A DNA stretch of 64,000 nt, from the IMG/VR virus record IMGVR_UViG_3300032050_000004, positions 1 to 64,000 of that record. One strand, written 5' to 3'. The notes beneath the pieces are model-generated. The model made no database searches, was not told the DNA's origin, and worked only from the letters and a program-made list of their open reading frames with translations. This document shows, piece by piece, positions 1 through 11,273 of this stretch (positions within the stretch are counted from its first letter, which is position 1; every line of letters starts with the position of its first letter). Position numbers and translations under genes: made by a program.

Positions 1-414
1 CTTGTAATTGATATTGTAATCACCTTCACCACCATTTATGTTCAGAACTTTATCCTTGATAAACTGAACTTCTTTTTCATCAAGCAACACTTCCATATCG
101 CTTGAAACTCTTTCGCACCATTCACTTTCTGAACTCTTTGAAAATTCTAATTCTTCTTCATCATCACTCAAACGAATTTCCACATTACCTGCTTCACCCA
201 TATAGTGTCCGTCAGACGCTTCGTAAAAATCCACCTTGCGATAAATAACATCATCAATGTAATCTCTAATCTCAACACAATCAATCTCTGAACCTTTATC
301 ATCATAAATCTGAATAGAGGTATCATTCATACTATCTCCACCACAACTGAACTCAAAGTTTGCGTAATCAACCCCTAACTCTTTCCATATTTTAATAATT
401 TCCTTTTCTTCCAT
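1..414 (-). CDS. Conserved phage hypothetical protein, DUF6878-like (3' end runs off the window)
   Basis: ORF not in the track. Starts at ATG 414 and reads MEEKEIIKIWKELGVDYANFEFSCGGDSMND; the F.F.GGDS motif and adjacency to a DUF6915-like gene support the call. Confidence 0.5.
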   Translation of the reverse strand, partial: MEEKEIIKIWKELGVDYANFEFSCGGDSMNDTSIQIYDDKGSEIDCVEIRDYIDDVIYRKVDFYEASDGHYMGEAGNVEIRLSDDEEELEFSKSSESEWCERVSSDMEVLLDEKEVQFIKDKVLNINGGEGDYNINYK

Positions 415-430
415 AGTGTTTATTTTTTTT

Positions 431-841
431 TTATTGTTCTTGTGTAGTTAGTTTAAGTTTATTCATCAATTCCTTTGCGTTTTCAGTCGCTTCGGGGTTC
501 TCTACATCTTTCACTCCGTTACACATCCACGCTTGAACTTCCAAGTGTTTAAGGTAATCTTGTGCCGTAGGAACAAACTTCATTCTAAAATCCTCTGCTA
601 TATGAAGCATAGCAATATCAATCGTATCAACACTCTTTCCATCAGAGTTCACAATGTTATATCCAAAGACCTTTGGAATGATTGTGTAAGCGAACCAAGT
701 GTTGTGGGTTAAGCATCGTGAAGAATTATTATTCATACTTGCTTTTGGACTATCAATCAGTTCGTGAATAGCAATGTAATCTTCTACTTTACCACCCCAG
801 CGTTTTACGCTGGATTTTGAATGAATTAAGGGGTTAGCCAT
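431..841 (-). CDS. DUF6915-like protein
   Basis: N-terminal MANPLIHSKSSVKRWGGKVEDYIAIH matches the H..SS.K.WGG..EDY..IH signature; His-rich core. Confidence 0.65.
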   Translation of the reverse strand: MANPLIHSKSSVKRWGGKVEDYIAIHELIDSPKASMNNNSSRCLTHNTWFAYTIIPKVFGYNIVNSDGKSVDTIDIAMLHIAEDFRMKFVPTAQDYLKHLEVQAWMCNGVKDVENPEATENAKELMNKLKLTTQEQ

Positions 842-862
842 ATTTGTTTTTTGTTTTTTTTA

Positions 863-1156
863 TTAGTCCCATATTTGAGAAATCTCTCTGCGAAAAGGAT
901 TGTATTCAACTTGCTTTCCTAACACCCAATCACCTTTATTAACCTTCAATGTATTGTGTTCAGCAAATTGTCCATTAGGTTGTTCGTGTCGCAAATCACT
1001 ATCTTCCAACACTTCCACTTCTGCAAAGTGTGTATGATTTTCTTCAATTTTGAACTTACCATACAAAGTGTGTTGGTTTGCACCCTCACCTTTGAGGATA
1101 ATCGTTTTCTTTTGGGTTTTTTTCTTTGCTTTCATTTTATCGTGTTTTTTAATCAA
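863..1156 (-). CDS. Conserved phage hypothetical protein with His-rich beta motifs
   Basis: GEGANQHTL, HEQ...EHNTL and QVEYNPF motifs; class-1 promoter immediately upstream. Confidence 0.5.
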   Translation of the reverse strand: MIKKHDKMKAKKKTQKKTIILKGEGANQHTLYGKFKIEENHTHFAEVEVLEDSDLRHEQPNGQFAEHNTLKVNKGDWVLGKQVEYNPFRREISQIWD

Positions 1157-1336
1157 TACTTTTTTTAATTGAAAAGGTTTAAGAAAATTATATTTTTTTT
1201 AATTTTTTTTCTTCAACCTTTATGTTATTCAATACTTTTTTTAATTAAAAAGGTTTAATAAAAAAGATATTTATATGAACCTTTTTTATACATAAATATA
1301 AGTTCTAAAATAATAAATAAAGGTGTAACATAAACC

Positions 1337-1435
1337 AAAAATGTAAATTAGTTTTTGAATATCGTATATCTCTTTGGGATTTGACCCCAGTTTTCCCCGG
1401 GATCGCCTGCGGGAAACATCTTGGATACAGCGGGA
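1337..1435. repeat. Phased intergenic element copy A (right half-site plus arm)
   Basis: ATGTAA 1341, N16, CGTATATCT ending 1371; CAG/CGG/CTG at 1388, 1398, 1407, 1428. Confidence 0.85.
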
Positions 1436-1436
1436 T

Positions 1437-1470
1437 AAAAAAAAAGGGCTCGGAAACCCGAACCCTTTTT
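1437..1470. terminator. Bidirectional intrinsic terminator
   Basis: A-run, GGGCTCGG/CCGAACCC hairpin, T-run. Confidence 0.8.
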
Positions 1471-1841
1471 CATTTAATTTTCTTAATCTAAACACACATT
1501 GTTGTTTTTACAAACTTCCTTGTTTTAAGGAAATTACGAATAATTGTAATTTTAGAGGTAAGTCCATTCACCTTTCGATGATTTCTGACACTCTCCATCA
1601 TTTCTTCGTGTATTCGCAAATTAGCATTGTCATAGTTCGCAGTTTTTAAGTTACTTCCAAACATTGACTTAATAATAATTTCGTTTTGTTCGTCTATGCT
1701 TCTTTTCATTTTAATTATTTTAGTTTGTTTCAATACGGATTTTATTAGAAAAGGTTGAACGAAAATAATAAAATTTTATAATTTATTATAATTTTATTTT
1801 AATTAAATCTAAATCATCTCATTATCAAACTATTTAATTAA

Positions 1842-1935
1842 GAAATGTAAATTACTTTTTTCAATTCGTATATCTGATCGAAAATAACCCCCTGTTTTCA
1901 CCAGACACGGGCTTCTGAGTTCCAGAAACGGGTAG
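1842..1935. repeat. Phased intergenic element copy B (right half plus arm)
   Basis: ATGTAA 1845, N16, CGTATATCT ending 1875; CTG 1892, CAG 1902, CAG 1923; terminator at 1941-1973. Confidence 0.85.
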
Positions 1936-1993
1936 AAAACAAAAAACCCCCAACTTTTCAGTTGAGGGTTTTGTATTCACCTTTGATAAATTA

Positions 1994-2878
1994 CTAATAC
2001 TTTATTTTTTCAGTAATAGGTTTAATGTATTCATACAATTCATACTTAACACATAAGTTTACTAATTTGCCTTTTACCGAATAAAACTTTTCTTCATCTT
2101 CACAATTTTCAAATATACTTTCTAAAAAAGTATCCCTTCTTGTTTCATCAGTAATAATATCTGCAACATCTTCTTCTAATTCATTATCCCATTCTTCGTT
2201 TGAATAATAAGATAAACTCCAACCCAAATGTTCACTCATATCACCATCACTTTTTATACTTAAAGCAAATTTAGTTGCTTCGTAACCATTAGGTAAATAT
2301 TCTTTGACCAAATTACCATTGTCAAATACATAAATCCCACAATTATTTCCAATATCCTCATCAGCAAACTTCACTTCAAATAATAAATCAGGATATAATT
2401 CTGCAAGTTTATGAATGACTGGAAAAGGAGTTGACCACGCAGTATCGAATGAAATTGAATTTTCGCTTATTTGATAGTTGTCATAAGAATTCCATTTAGT
2501 TCCCCAATTAGCAATACTCCAACCATACCAATTAGCGTGTCCATATTTTTCAATGTTATCTAATGATATTTTTGCTTCCTCAAAATCTTGGGGAGAAAGC
2601 CTTTCATTTAAAAGTTGCTTTACACCCTCAACATCAGTAATGCCTTGTTCTTTAATCCAACTCCACTCCAACATTTCAGTAAATCTTTGAGTGTTATTTA
2701 TCAAAATACATATAGCATTATCAACATTACTTCCTGATGTAACCCTCAACGAAGGTGGCATAGGGAGAATTTTGTCAAAGTCAATTAAATTTTCATCTTC
2801 TTTTATGAAATCTAAAACTTCTTTTACCCTTTGCTCACTTCCTTTAATTGTGAGGATATTTGTAATGTGATTAGGCAT
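1994..2878 (-). CDS. DUF1281 / YubB (Api92-like) ferredoxin-like fold protein
   Basis: MPNHITN.L.I.G start, WYGWSIANWGTKWN and FDTAWSTP signatures. Confidence 0.8.
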   Translation of the reverse strand: MPNHITNILTIKGSEQRVKEVLDFIKEDENLIDFDKILPMPPSLRVTSGSNVDNAICILINNTQRFTEMLEWSWIKEQGITDVEGVKQLLNERLSPQDFEEAKISLDNIEKYGHANWYGWSIANWGTKWNSYDNYQISENSISFDTAWSTPFPVIHKLAELYPDLLFEVKFADEDIGNNCGIYVFDNGNLVKEYLPNGYEATKFALSIKSDGDMSEHLGWSLSYYSNEEWDNELEEDVADIITDETRRDTFLESIFENCEDEEKFYSVKGKLVNLCVKYELYEYIKPITEKIKY

Positions 2879-3916
2879 AATTTATTCTATTTTTTAATTA
2901 AAATTATTATTCTTCACTCTCTCCTACACCTACATCAATATAATCTATAACTTCCATACCATCCATTTTGGGGAGAAACAACTCCTCATCAGTATATTTA
3001 TCTTCCTTACGGAAACAAACCACAACTGAACCATCAACATCATCCAAATCAAATTTTGTATCATCAAATTCAATTAATGCTACAATAGTAACTACTGCTC
3101 GTTTAAGTGCCATAATTATTATTTTTTTTTAATCAATACGTTTATATTGAAAAAAGGTTTAAAATCTAATGAATAACCTTGAAATGCTCGTCATCAGTTA
3201 GGTGAACCCAACGAAATTCCATATTGTTATTTGACGCTATTCTCAATCCCAGCCAAACACCCGTTTTATTTTCAAAAAAAACCCGTTCCGTTATTGCTTC
3301 AACCACCCATTTCTCTTCTTTATGAATTGTCTTTTCTTTTGCAATTTCTGATATTGGTTCGAGTTTTACTTTATCACCTGTTCTTATATCTAACATAATT
3401 ATTTATTCTATTATCATTACGGATAAAATATAGAAAGGTCTAAAATAAAATTAATTATCTTTATTTTCAATAATTGAAACCATTTCTTTTAAATGATTTT
3501 CCAAATTGATAAGTTCATTTCTTATGTTTTGAATTTCCTCTAATGCTTTATCATATTTTCTGTTTGAGGTGAAAATGACTATTCTATCGCATTGAACTGG
3601 TATTGTCTTATTTGAAAGAACAATGATGTTTTGTTTAAGCTGATTGCTTCTTGTCATTTTATGTTGAGTTTGGTTTTTGTTTGTTCGATTATTTTTAAGC
3701 AAAAATCCTTCGCACTTTGTGGTGAACCATCAACAAACTCACAAGAGAAAGTATGATAATTAACTTCACTCACATAAACCTCATAAACAATAAATGAAAA
3801 TTTTAACTTCTCTATTTTAAGTGTACCATAATGCAATCTTGAATATCCGTTGAATTTTGACTTATCAAAATTGTCAAATTCAATTTTATAATTATCCATT
3901 TTATAGATTTTGTGTT

Positions 3917-4363
3917 TTACAATTTAGCAAGAAGAACATCCTCGTACTTGTAGTGTTTAGTCCCTTGTGTTTCCAAGAAATCAATCCTGTTCTTGAACCT
4001 TTTATTCATTGTATCCACAATAGTATAAACCCCACTCTTATGTCCTGCACCACTAATATACACCTTATCCCCATAATTGAAAACTCCTCCCCATCTTTTG
4101 AGCAAATCCCTTGAAACTGCAATCCATTTATGTTCCGACGCTTTATTTGGATTGATTTTGTACATACCAGCAGTTACCAAAGGGTCTTCATCACATTGAT
4201 TTACCACAGCATTATACATAGTTGCAGTTACCTTTACTGAATTTTGACTCTTAATTAAATCCTCTAATTGGTTAAGACGCTCATCATTTTCTTGTTGAAC
4301 GACCAACATATAAGTTGTATTTATAGCACTCAATACCATAAGGATATATACGGCTTTTTTCAT
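3917..4363 (-). CDS. 3D-domain (MltA-like) peptidoglycan hydrolase with N-terminal membrane anchor
   Basis: VTATMY, IAVSRDLL, YGDKV and VDTMNKRFKNRIDFL (three-Asp motif); hydrophobic N-terminus. Confidence 0.8.
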   Translation of the reverse strand: MKKAVYILMVLSAINTTYMLVVQQENDERLNQLEDLIKSQNSVKVTATMYNAVVNQCDEDPLVTAGMYKINPNKASEHKWIAVSRDLLKRWGGVFNYGDKVYISGAGHKSGVYTIVDTMNKRFKNRIDFLETQGTKHYKYEDVLLAKL

Positions 4364-4416
4364 AGTGGTTGGTTTTTAATCAATACTGATAAAAAACAAA
4401 AAGGTTTAAGAAAATA

Positions 4417-4525
4417 AAAATGTAAATTATCTTTTTAGGATCGTATATCTTGTCTGGAATTTGACACCTAGGGCCAGCAGTCCCGTCCAGTCAATTTCAG
4501 GATTCCACCAGAGAAAATCAGGACA
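4417..4525. repeat. Phased intergenic element copy C (right half plus arm)
   Basis: ATGTAA 4420, N16, CGTATATCT ending 4450; CAG at 4478, 4488, 4498, 4509, 4519; terminator at 4525-4561. Confidence 0.85.
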
Positions 4526-5513
4526 AAAAAAAAGAGAGCCAATTTCTTGACTCTCCTTTTTGAGATACGCAATGTTTTTCAATTCAAGTAATCAAACCCA
4601 AAGTGAATAAATCCCATTTCAATTAAATCATCATCAGACATCTTTTTAGGGTTTCTCCAAAAGTTAGGTTCTTGTTTATTCTCATCCTCTATAAGTTCAC
4701 TAATCCTTTTCAAAGCACCTTCATAGGTGAATTTCTTATCACCATCCGTTCTTTCAGTTTCAATAAACTCATATTTAATTCTCATATTAATCCATGTTTT
4801 GTTTAGCAAATTCAATCAATTTTTTAGCAAGTTCATCATCCAATTCATCCGTTACATCTTCATTATCCTCATCACGAATTTCAATTTCTTTGACAAAATA
4901 ACTATCGTAATCATCGTTGATAGTTACATGATAACAAGTATCCTCAACTTCAATTTCAAACTTGTGTGTTCTATTGATTACCTTGCTTATCAGTTCCATT
5001 GTTTATACAATTTTATAGTTTGTAATTTCTTCATCACTTATTTGGTCAAAAACATAATCTTTATCCAAACCCCTTACCGAAACCGAATCCACAATTTCTC
5101 CTTGTTTGTTAACCCAAATCTGAATATAAAAAGGTTCAGTATACCAAAGGTTGTTTTTTGCAACAGCACTCCAAGTTGTTTTGTGATGGTCAAATTCCTT
5201 TTTGCTAATGTTCATAGTGTTTGGTTTTTTTAATCAATACGAATAAAAAATAGAAAGGTTTAATTTTTTAGATTATTTTTTAATATATTTGTCATAAAAA
5301 ATTCCAAATCTGCCCAAAGTAGTTTTTCAGGAATCAAATTTGTATCTACACAACTCTTTTCATGTTTTGAATACATATATTCTATGAAATCACTCCAACA
5401 TGATTTGCAAACATTTCCAATAGATTGATAAGTGTTATTACAATTTTTGTTTTCACACCCTATTCTTGAACATTTGTTAAAATCCATATTAATACCAATT
5501 AGGATAGAAAAGG

Positions 5514-5858
5514 TTACTCCTCTTTTGCTTTTTTAAATTTATATTTTTTAATTGTGGTTCTTCCTAAACCAAATTTTTCCATTGTTTTTTTAACAGTGTT
5601 AGTTTTTGTGAACTCATAAATTTGTTCTTTGACCTTTTCAGATACGAACTCTACTTTCATTCCAGTATCAGTCAAATTTTCATTTTGACAATGATAATTA
5701 ATAGTTGATTTTGAACACTTCAATTTTTTTTGAATATCACGATAAGAATAACCTTCGTTTCTTAATTTTAAAATATCTTCTTTAATTCCCCTTCTACCAT
5801 TTTCGTGCAATCGGTCTTTATTGGAATTGTTAATTACAATTACGTGTTTAGTTGCCAT
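5514..5858 (-). CDS. Helix-turn-helix DNA-binding protein
   Basis: ILKLRNEGYSYRDIQKKLKCSKSTINYH is a classic HTH; a second HTH-like segment lies near the C-terminus. Confidence 0.7.
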   Translation of the reverse strand: MATKHVIVINNSNKDRLHENGRRGIKEDILKLRNEGYSYRDIQKKLKCSKSTINYHCQNENLTDTGMKVEFVSEKVKEQIYEFTKTNTVKKTMEKFGLGRTTIKKYKFKKAKEE

Positions 5859-5909
5859 ATTTTGTTTTTTAATTTAAATTAATGTCTAAAATATAAATTA
5901 AGGTTACAA

Positions 5910-6125
5910 TTAAGATTGTAAAAATCTTTTGTCCTTAACAAACTTCAAATGTCTTGCTTCATCCTTTGTCAAACCCACGAACTCACTTGGGGAGAATGAA
6001 ATCTCATCGGGGTAATAGTCAAAGAGATATTCTTCCACCCCATTTTCCAAAGTAACGTGAACTTGGGGCATAGGGTCAAATAAACTTTTAGGCATTGCCG
6101 TAATTCGTGCTGAAATTATTTTCAT
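5910..6125 (-). CDS. Conserved small phage protein
   Basis: LFDPMPQV...LFDYYPDEISF..SEFVGLT pattern; clean ORF behind a class-1 promoter. Confidence 0.55.
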   Translation of the reverse strand: MKIISARITAMPKSLFDPMPQVHVTLENGVEEYLFDYYPDEISFSPSEFVGLTKDEARHLKFVKDKRFLQS

Positions 6126-6467
6126 AGTTATCTTGTTTTTTAATCAATACGTTTTTAGGGAGAAAAGGTTTAAGATTTATAAATTATAAATGAGTAAAAC
6201 TCCCACAACCCATACATTGAATATAAGGTTTACCGCTATCTTTTATGGTAGGACTTTCCTTTGGTAAGATTATCCATTCAGTACCTTTGCAATCGTAACA
6301 CTCGCAATTAGGTAATCTCTCATCAAGGGTAAGCTGGTTAGCTATTCTTTCAGGATATACTGATTTTAACACATCAGCTTCAGGAATTTCTACTAATACC
6401 GATTGATAGAACTTTGACATAATTGATTTTTTAATCAATACGAATCAAAGTAAAAAAGGTTTAATTT

Positions 6468-6731
6468 TTAATTTAAAATTATTTGAAAAAATTGAAATCT
6501 TTCCGACTTAAATGCTTTTATATTATCGGTAGGATTTATTTCATCACCATTTCTATCAACTATGGTAACTGCCATTTCGTTGGTATTTAAGGAATCGGTG
6601 ATATACTTTAACTTATAAACTCTGTTCTTTTGGATCCACCTATCAGGTGTGAATTTTGGTAATGAATCATCTATACAAAATGCGAAAACATTAACGAAAG
6701 AAGCTGGTGCTATTAAATCTGCCATACCCAT
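6468..6731 (-). CDS. Hypothetical protein with late-type TATTTAT upstream
   Basis: ORF track; ATAAATA on + at 6741-6747; divergent from the DUF5856-like gene. Confidence 0.5.
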   Translation of the reverse strand: MGMADLIAPASFVNVFAFCIDDSLPKFTPDRWIQKNRVYKLKYITDSLNTNEMAVTIVDRNGDEINPTDNIKAFKSERFQFFQIILN

Positions 6732-6785
6732 ATGTTTATTATAAATAGTTTTTTTTTCGGTCTATTTATAATAAAATTAAAAAAA

Positions 6786-7157
6786 ATGCACCACAAAAGC
6801 GTAATAAAAATAATGAATTTTCAGCAACAAATGAGAATTCTTCATTGGCAAACCACTTCTTTTGCTCGTCATAATGCCTATGGTGGCATATATGATAGCA
6901 TAGATGATTTATTAGATAGATTTGCTGAAATTTGTATGGGTAAATACGGAAGAATTGAGCTTAATGATGAAATTTCTGAGCTTAAACTTAAAAACATGAA
7001 AGACCTTTCCATAAATTCTTATTTAAATGATTTTTGTGAATTTCTTGTTGAATTAACCGGTGAATTTGACGATGAAAAAGATACTGATGTGTTAAATATC
7101 AGAGATGAAGTTCTTGCTGAAGTAAATAAATTAAAGTATTTACTTACTCTTAAATAA
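6786..7157 (+). CDS. DUF5856 ferritin/Dps-like four-helix protein
   Basis: LHWQTTSFARHNAYGGIYDSIDDLLDRFAEICMGKYGR and C-terminal LNIRDEVLAEVNKLKYLLTLK; TATTTAT at 6763; terminator at 7177-7206. Confidence 0.75.
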   Translation: MHHKSVIKIMNFQQQMRILHWQTTSFARHNAYGGIYDSIDDLLDRFAEICMGKYGRIELNDEISELKLKNMKDLSINSYLNDFCEFLVELTGEFDDEKDTDVLNIRDEVLAEVNKLKYLLTLK

Positions 7158-7587
7158 TACACTATGATTTAAGCTGAAAGGGGAGGAAGTTTTTCCTCCC
7201 TTTTTCATTTTTATATTTTTAATATGATACTATAACCCTTTCAAGTTTTTCTACAACCATACAATTACCAACTTTTTCTGCTTTCATTTTTGCAATCCTT
7301 AATGCTCTTTCATAAGTCATTTTTGCACCGTCAACTTTAATAGTGTCAATTACATCTCTGCGAGTAGTCATTACTGTTTTGACAAGTCGAATTATTTGTA
7401 TCGCTTCACAAACAACTGAAATGTCATTAATAGTTTCATTTTTTGAAACTGCAATCTCTGTAGTTTCCAATTTAGAGCCGAATAAATCAAACGAGTTTTC
7501 CATTTTTTCCTTTTTTTAATCAATACGCTTTTTAATTAAAAAGGTTTAAGCTGAATCGAACTGACTAAACCTAAACTTTTCAAATTT

Positions 7588-7730
7588 AGTTATACGAAAG
7601 AAAAAAGATATTTTACACTTTATAAAAATGTAAATTAGTTTTTTAAGATCGTATATCTGATTATAAATATCCACCAGTTTTCACCGTCGACTGCCAGAAA
7701 TTTCACCGTAAACCAAAATACCGAGTTTGG
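7588..7730. repeat. Phased intergenic element copy D (both halves, 9-bp spacer)
   Basis: TACG 7593, N16, TTACAC 7613; ATGTAA 7628, N16, CGTATATCT ending 7658; CAG 7675, CCG 7684, CAG 7695, CCG 7706. Confidence 0.85.
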
Positions 7731-7824
7731 CACATTTTTACTTCCGAAAATGTCTTGTAAAAGATTAACATAAAAAAGAAAAAGCCGCATCTCTGCGGCT
7801 TTATCAATATAATCATTCCTTTGA

Positions 7825-8418
7825 TTACACAATCTTTATTTTACGATTATCAATGTAAATGAATTTTACATTATCAATCCCCACATTGAAAGTTCCAAAT
7901 GCCTCATCACCTCTAATTCCCAAATTGTAACTTCCTTTTGTAGATTTAATCAAAAATGTTTTTAATTGCTCTAATTGAAATTCAGTCGCCTTAACTCCAT
8001 CAACATAATACTCCGTAAAAGTACTCTCGTTTGAATTAGGATTAGTATAAACCCTCAAATACTTAATTGCAGGATTATCTTTCTTTACAGCAATAACATA
8101 GTTATCTCTGCCGTCAGATGATTCCACATAAGTTGATTCAGGTTTATATTCACCCTCAATACCCTTTTGCTCCCTTTGATTGTTACCTTTAGTAGAAGCA
8201 CTTGTATTGCAACCAAAACCCCACTTTGAAACTTTACGAACTCTACCAATAAAAGGATTACCCCTTTTATTCATTTTAGGTTCAGTGTCCGAAACCATAC
8301 TTCCATAAGTATGACTACCACCACGAACATTTTCCATAAAGGAAATAAATTCATCTTTACTCATTACTTCGTGAGAAATCTGATTGCAGATTTGCTCCAT
8401 TCTTTGTTCTTTGGTCAT
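7825..8418 (-). CDS. Conserved phage hypothetical protein
   Basis: 197-aa ORF containing TEPKMNKRGNPFIGRVRK...NNQREQKG; class-1 promoter at 8443. Confidence 0.6.
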   Translation of the reverse strand: MTKEQRMEQICNQISHEVMSKDEFISFMENVRGGSHTYGSMVSDTEPKMNKRGNPFIGRVRKVSKWGFGCNTSASTKGNNQREQKGIEGEYKPESTYVESSDGRDNYVIAVKKDNPAIKYLRVYTNPNSNESTFTEYYVDGVKATEFQLEQLKTFLIKSTKGSYNLGIRGDEAFGTFNVGIDNVKFIYIDNRKIKIV

Positions 8419-8561
8419 TTTGCGATTTTTTTTAGGTTAATATCAATACGGATTTTTTTGTAAAAGGTTTAATAAAACCCCCACATATATAATACGCAGT
8501 AACACCACCAAATCTTTAGTGTAAAATTAAAATATTTTTTAACTTATTGAAAATCAGTATA

Positions 8562-8593
8562 AAAGAAAAAGTCCCGGACTTCGGGACTTTTTT
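8562..8593. terminator. Bidirectional intrinsic terminator
   Basis: AAAAAGTCCCG-GACTT-CGGGACTTTTTT. Confidence 0.8.
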
Positions 8594-8989
8594 CTAACCA
8601 CTATGAAACACAATAAACAATTATAGAACCGAAACAAATATACACAAATTACTTATTCTTAACACTATAACTGTAAGATGAAAAAATAGTCCTATTGACA
8701 AATTCTTTTGTGCTTTCGCTAAATTCAAAACATTTCAATCCGTGAAGAATATTTTTTTCTCCAATACAATCCACTTCTTTCATAAGAAAGGTAATGAATT
8801 TCTCATACACAATATCTTCTCTCATATTATATCTTTTGCTGATGTGAGCAGAAACCTTTTTTAGAGTTGGATGCTTTGTAACATAATCCTCAATCACTTT
8901 TCTTTGGGTAATCATATTGAGTTTAGTTTTAGTTTTACTTACAATACGGATAATTAAAAAAAAGGTTTAAGAAATTATTTTACAGTTAA

Positions 8990-9203
8990 ATCCTGAAGAA
9001 CAGTAAAAAACTGGATAATTTAATTTTTAGATATACGATTGTTAAAAGTTATTTTACATATTAGGAGCAATTCATTTTACATATTAGGAGCAATTCATTT
9101 TACATATTGTAAAATGTAAATTAGTTTTTTCTTTTCGTATATCTGATCGAAAATGTGCCTGCTGTTCGAGCTGGAGCATCGCCTCAAGTTCAGGAATTAC
9201 AGC
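8990..9203. repeat. Phased intergenic element copy E (both halves; spacer contains a 23-bp tandem duplication)
   Basis: AGATATACGA 9029; TTTTACATATTAGGAGCAATTCA at 9052-9074 and 9075-9097 plus a partial third copy; TCGTATATCT 9135-9144; terminator at 9204-9233. Confidence 0.85.
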
Positions 9204-9257
9204 AAAAAAAAATCCCCGCTGATTTGCGGGGATTCTCAATTCTATAACAATGATATA

Positions 9258-9557
9258 TTATTCTTCTTCTTTGTATTCTCCTAATTCACTTTTAGGAGCC
9301 ACCAAAACATTACCGAGTATTTTAAGATTTTTCAAATTGTTTTTTTCACAATATACCTTACTTGCTATTTCATTTAAAGGTAAGTCAAAATACAAACCCT
9401 TACTATTCATTACCATAAATTCATCTCCGCAAGGCATTATACTAATCGAACCCGATACAATATCTTCTAACTCTTCTTTGGAATATTCCAAATCATTTTC
9501 GGGTGTACTATCAATTATTTTACTTTCACAAGTTATTATTTTTCCCATAGTTTTCAA
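9258..9557 (-). CDS. DUF3846-domain protein (divergent paralogue)
   Basis: YSKEELEDIVSG...MVMNSKG...LPLNEIAS...ILGNVLV parallels the DUF3846 pattern. Confidence 0.55.
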   Translation of the reverse strand: MKTMGKIITCESKIIDSTPENDLEYSKEELEDIVSGSISIMPCGDEFMVMNSKGLYFDLPLNEIASKVYCEKNNLKNLKILGNVLVAPKSELGEYKEEE

Positions 9558-9568
9558 TTTTACTATAT

Positions 9569-9931
9569 TTATTCAGGAATAATTAATTGCATAGCTTGTT
9601 CGTAGGTCATATCCATTTTTGTAATCGTTATTTTTGAAACAATTAACATTTCACCATTATCTTTTGAGGTGGGAAAATATACAAACAAACTATTATTTAT
9701 TTCTGCATCTGATAAAAAACGAGCATAATATGCACTTACATCACTTGCATCTTCCTTGACATCATAGAAATCATTATAACGAATAAAACCGATACGAAAG
9801 ACATTTCCTTGCCCTTGTATCAGTTTAACCATAACTGGATGTTTGAAATCCTTTGGCTTTGAAACGTTTTTATTTTGCCCATACGTATTGGTAGAGAAAA
9901 GCAAAATAAAAATAATAAATAATTTTTTCAT
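9569..9931 (-). CDS. Secreted hypothetical protein
   Basis: Signal peptide MKKLFIIFILLFSTNTYGQ. Confidence 0.55.
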   Translation of the reverse strand: MKKLFIIFILLFSTNTYGQNKNVSKPKDFKHPVMVKLIQGQGNVFRIGFIRYNDFYDVKEDASDVSAYYARFLSDAEINNSLFVYFPTSKDNGEMLIVSKITITKMDMTYEQAMQLIIPE

Positions 9932-11273
9932 ATTTTTTATTTTAACATATAATCCAAATAACTATTGCTGCAAAAATAACTTGTATAAGGGAGAAAGTTA
10001 GGATTGCCTCTAATCCTTCTTTCCAATTTTCTTTGAATGATTCTATCATTTTTATTTAATTTAATTAGGTTTATTTATTGATATTTTTTTTAGGGAGAAA
10101 CCAATCTACATCCTGCTCATAGTATTTTGTAGTTGATAATACTTATCTACAACCTCATTAATCTTGCTCATATCACCATAGTGAATGTTTTTCAAATTAA
10201 TAAAATGTGTCTTATTTGAACCTTTCAAACGATAATTGAATTTTACTTCACTCCCATCCTCAAACTCAATAAACGAAACATCCTTTTTGAAGATTTGCTG
10301 AATAATGTGAGCTGCTTGATATAGTTTCATATAAGTTTTTTTTAGTAAGCTGACAAACTTCTATTTTGTATTTGTTCAAATGTAGTAGCACTCCACTCGT
10401 CGTGCAATTCATTCGTTTTTTTGTGATAATATCTTGCTAAAACCTCTGCTATCTCTTCTAATTTTGAATTTTCTTGCCAATCTGTTATTGTGCAATCATT
10501 TCCAATTCTTGATAACATTCCACCACCTAAATAATTTTGGTATGCCGTCATCTTTTCTCCCTCAAAACCAAATGAAGACAAATCAATTTCAACACCACCA
10601 CCACGATAATCTACTTTTTCACGAAGAATACTGCTTTCTATAATTTCTTTGATTTTATCGTTTTTCATATTATCAATACGAATTAGGGAGAAAAAGGTTT
10701 AAATAATATTTCTCTTTTTTGATACGTCGATCAAATCATCACACTTCTCAATCATCTCTACCATATTCTCGATTTCAATCCCATCACAAATTGTCAACTT
10801 TCTCAATTTATCCAATGATTGTTTTAGGGTATCCTTTGTCTGATTCAGCAAATCCAAATCAACAGCAAGTTTTGATTCCACATCCCTACGAGTTTCACCA
10901 TCATTTGAACAACGTAACTGCAAAGTCCTCAAAGATTTCTCAAACCCATCAGGCCTAAATGAAATTTCACCCACCTTAATCCACGCCTTTGCCTTTATAA
11001 TTTCCGGACACGGTTTCTTGTTCACCATCTCGTAAGCACTCGTGTACTCCGATTTCAACTGCTCAAAATTGTCTGTCTTGTTCATTTTAAATTTAGATTT
11101 ATTTAATTGTTTAGTTTACAATGCTTTAGCTAACTCATCAAATACATAATACCATAGGGCAATAAGTCCACCCCAATAAACTATGCTAATTGTAAAATTA
11201 TAAATAATTCTTTTATGTTCCATCTTTAAAGAGGTTTTTTATAAGTTTTAAAATAAAATATATAATTTTTAAT

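Noticed and set aside
8594-8632. Antisense mini-ORFs with phage-like AACCACTATG starts after terminators (also ~15165)
   Set aside because: Only 7-15 codons, two instances, with no supporting promoter; plausibly chance or remnant sequence.
9052-9108. 23-bp repeat as a mini-CRISPR or BREX-site (TAGGAG) array
   Set aside because: Units are contiguous with no spacers; only two TAGGAG copies arise, from a single duplication.
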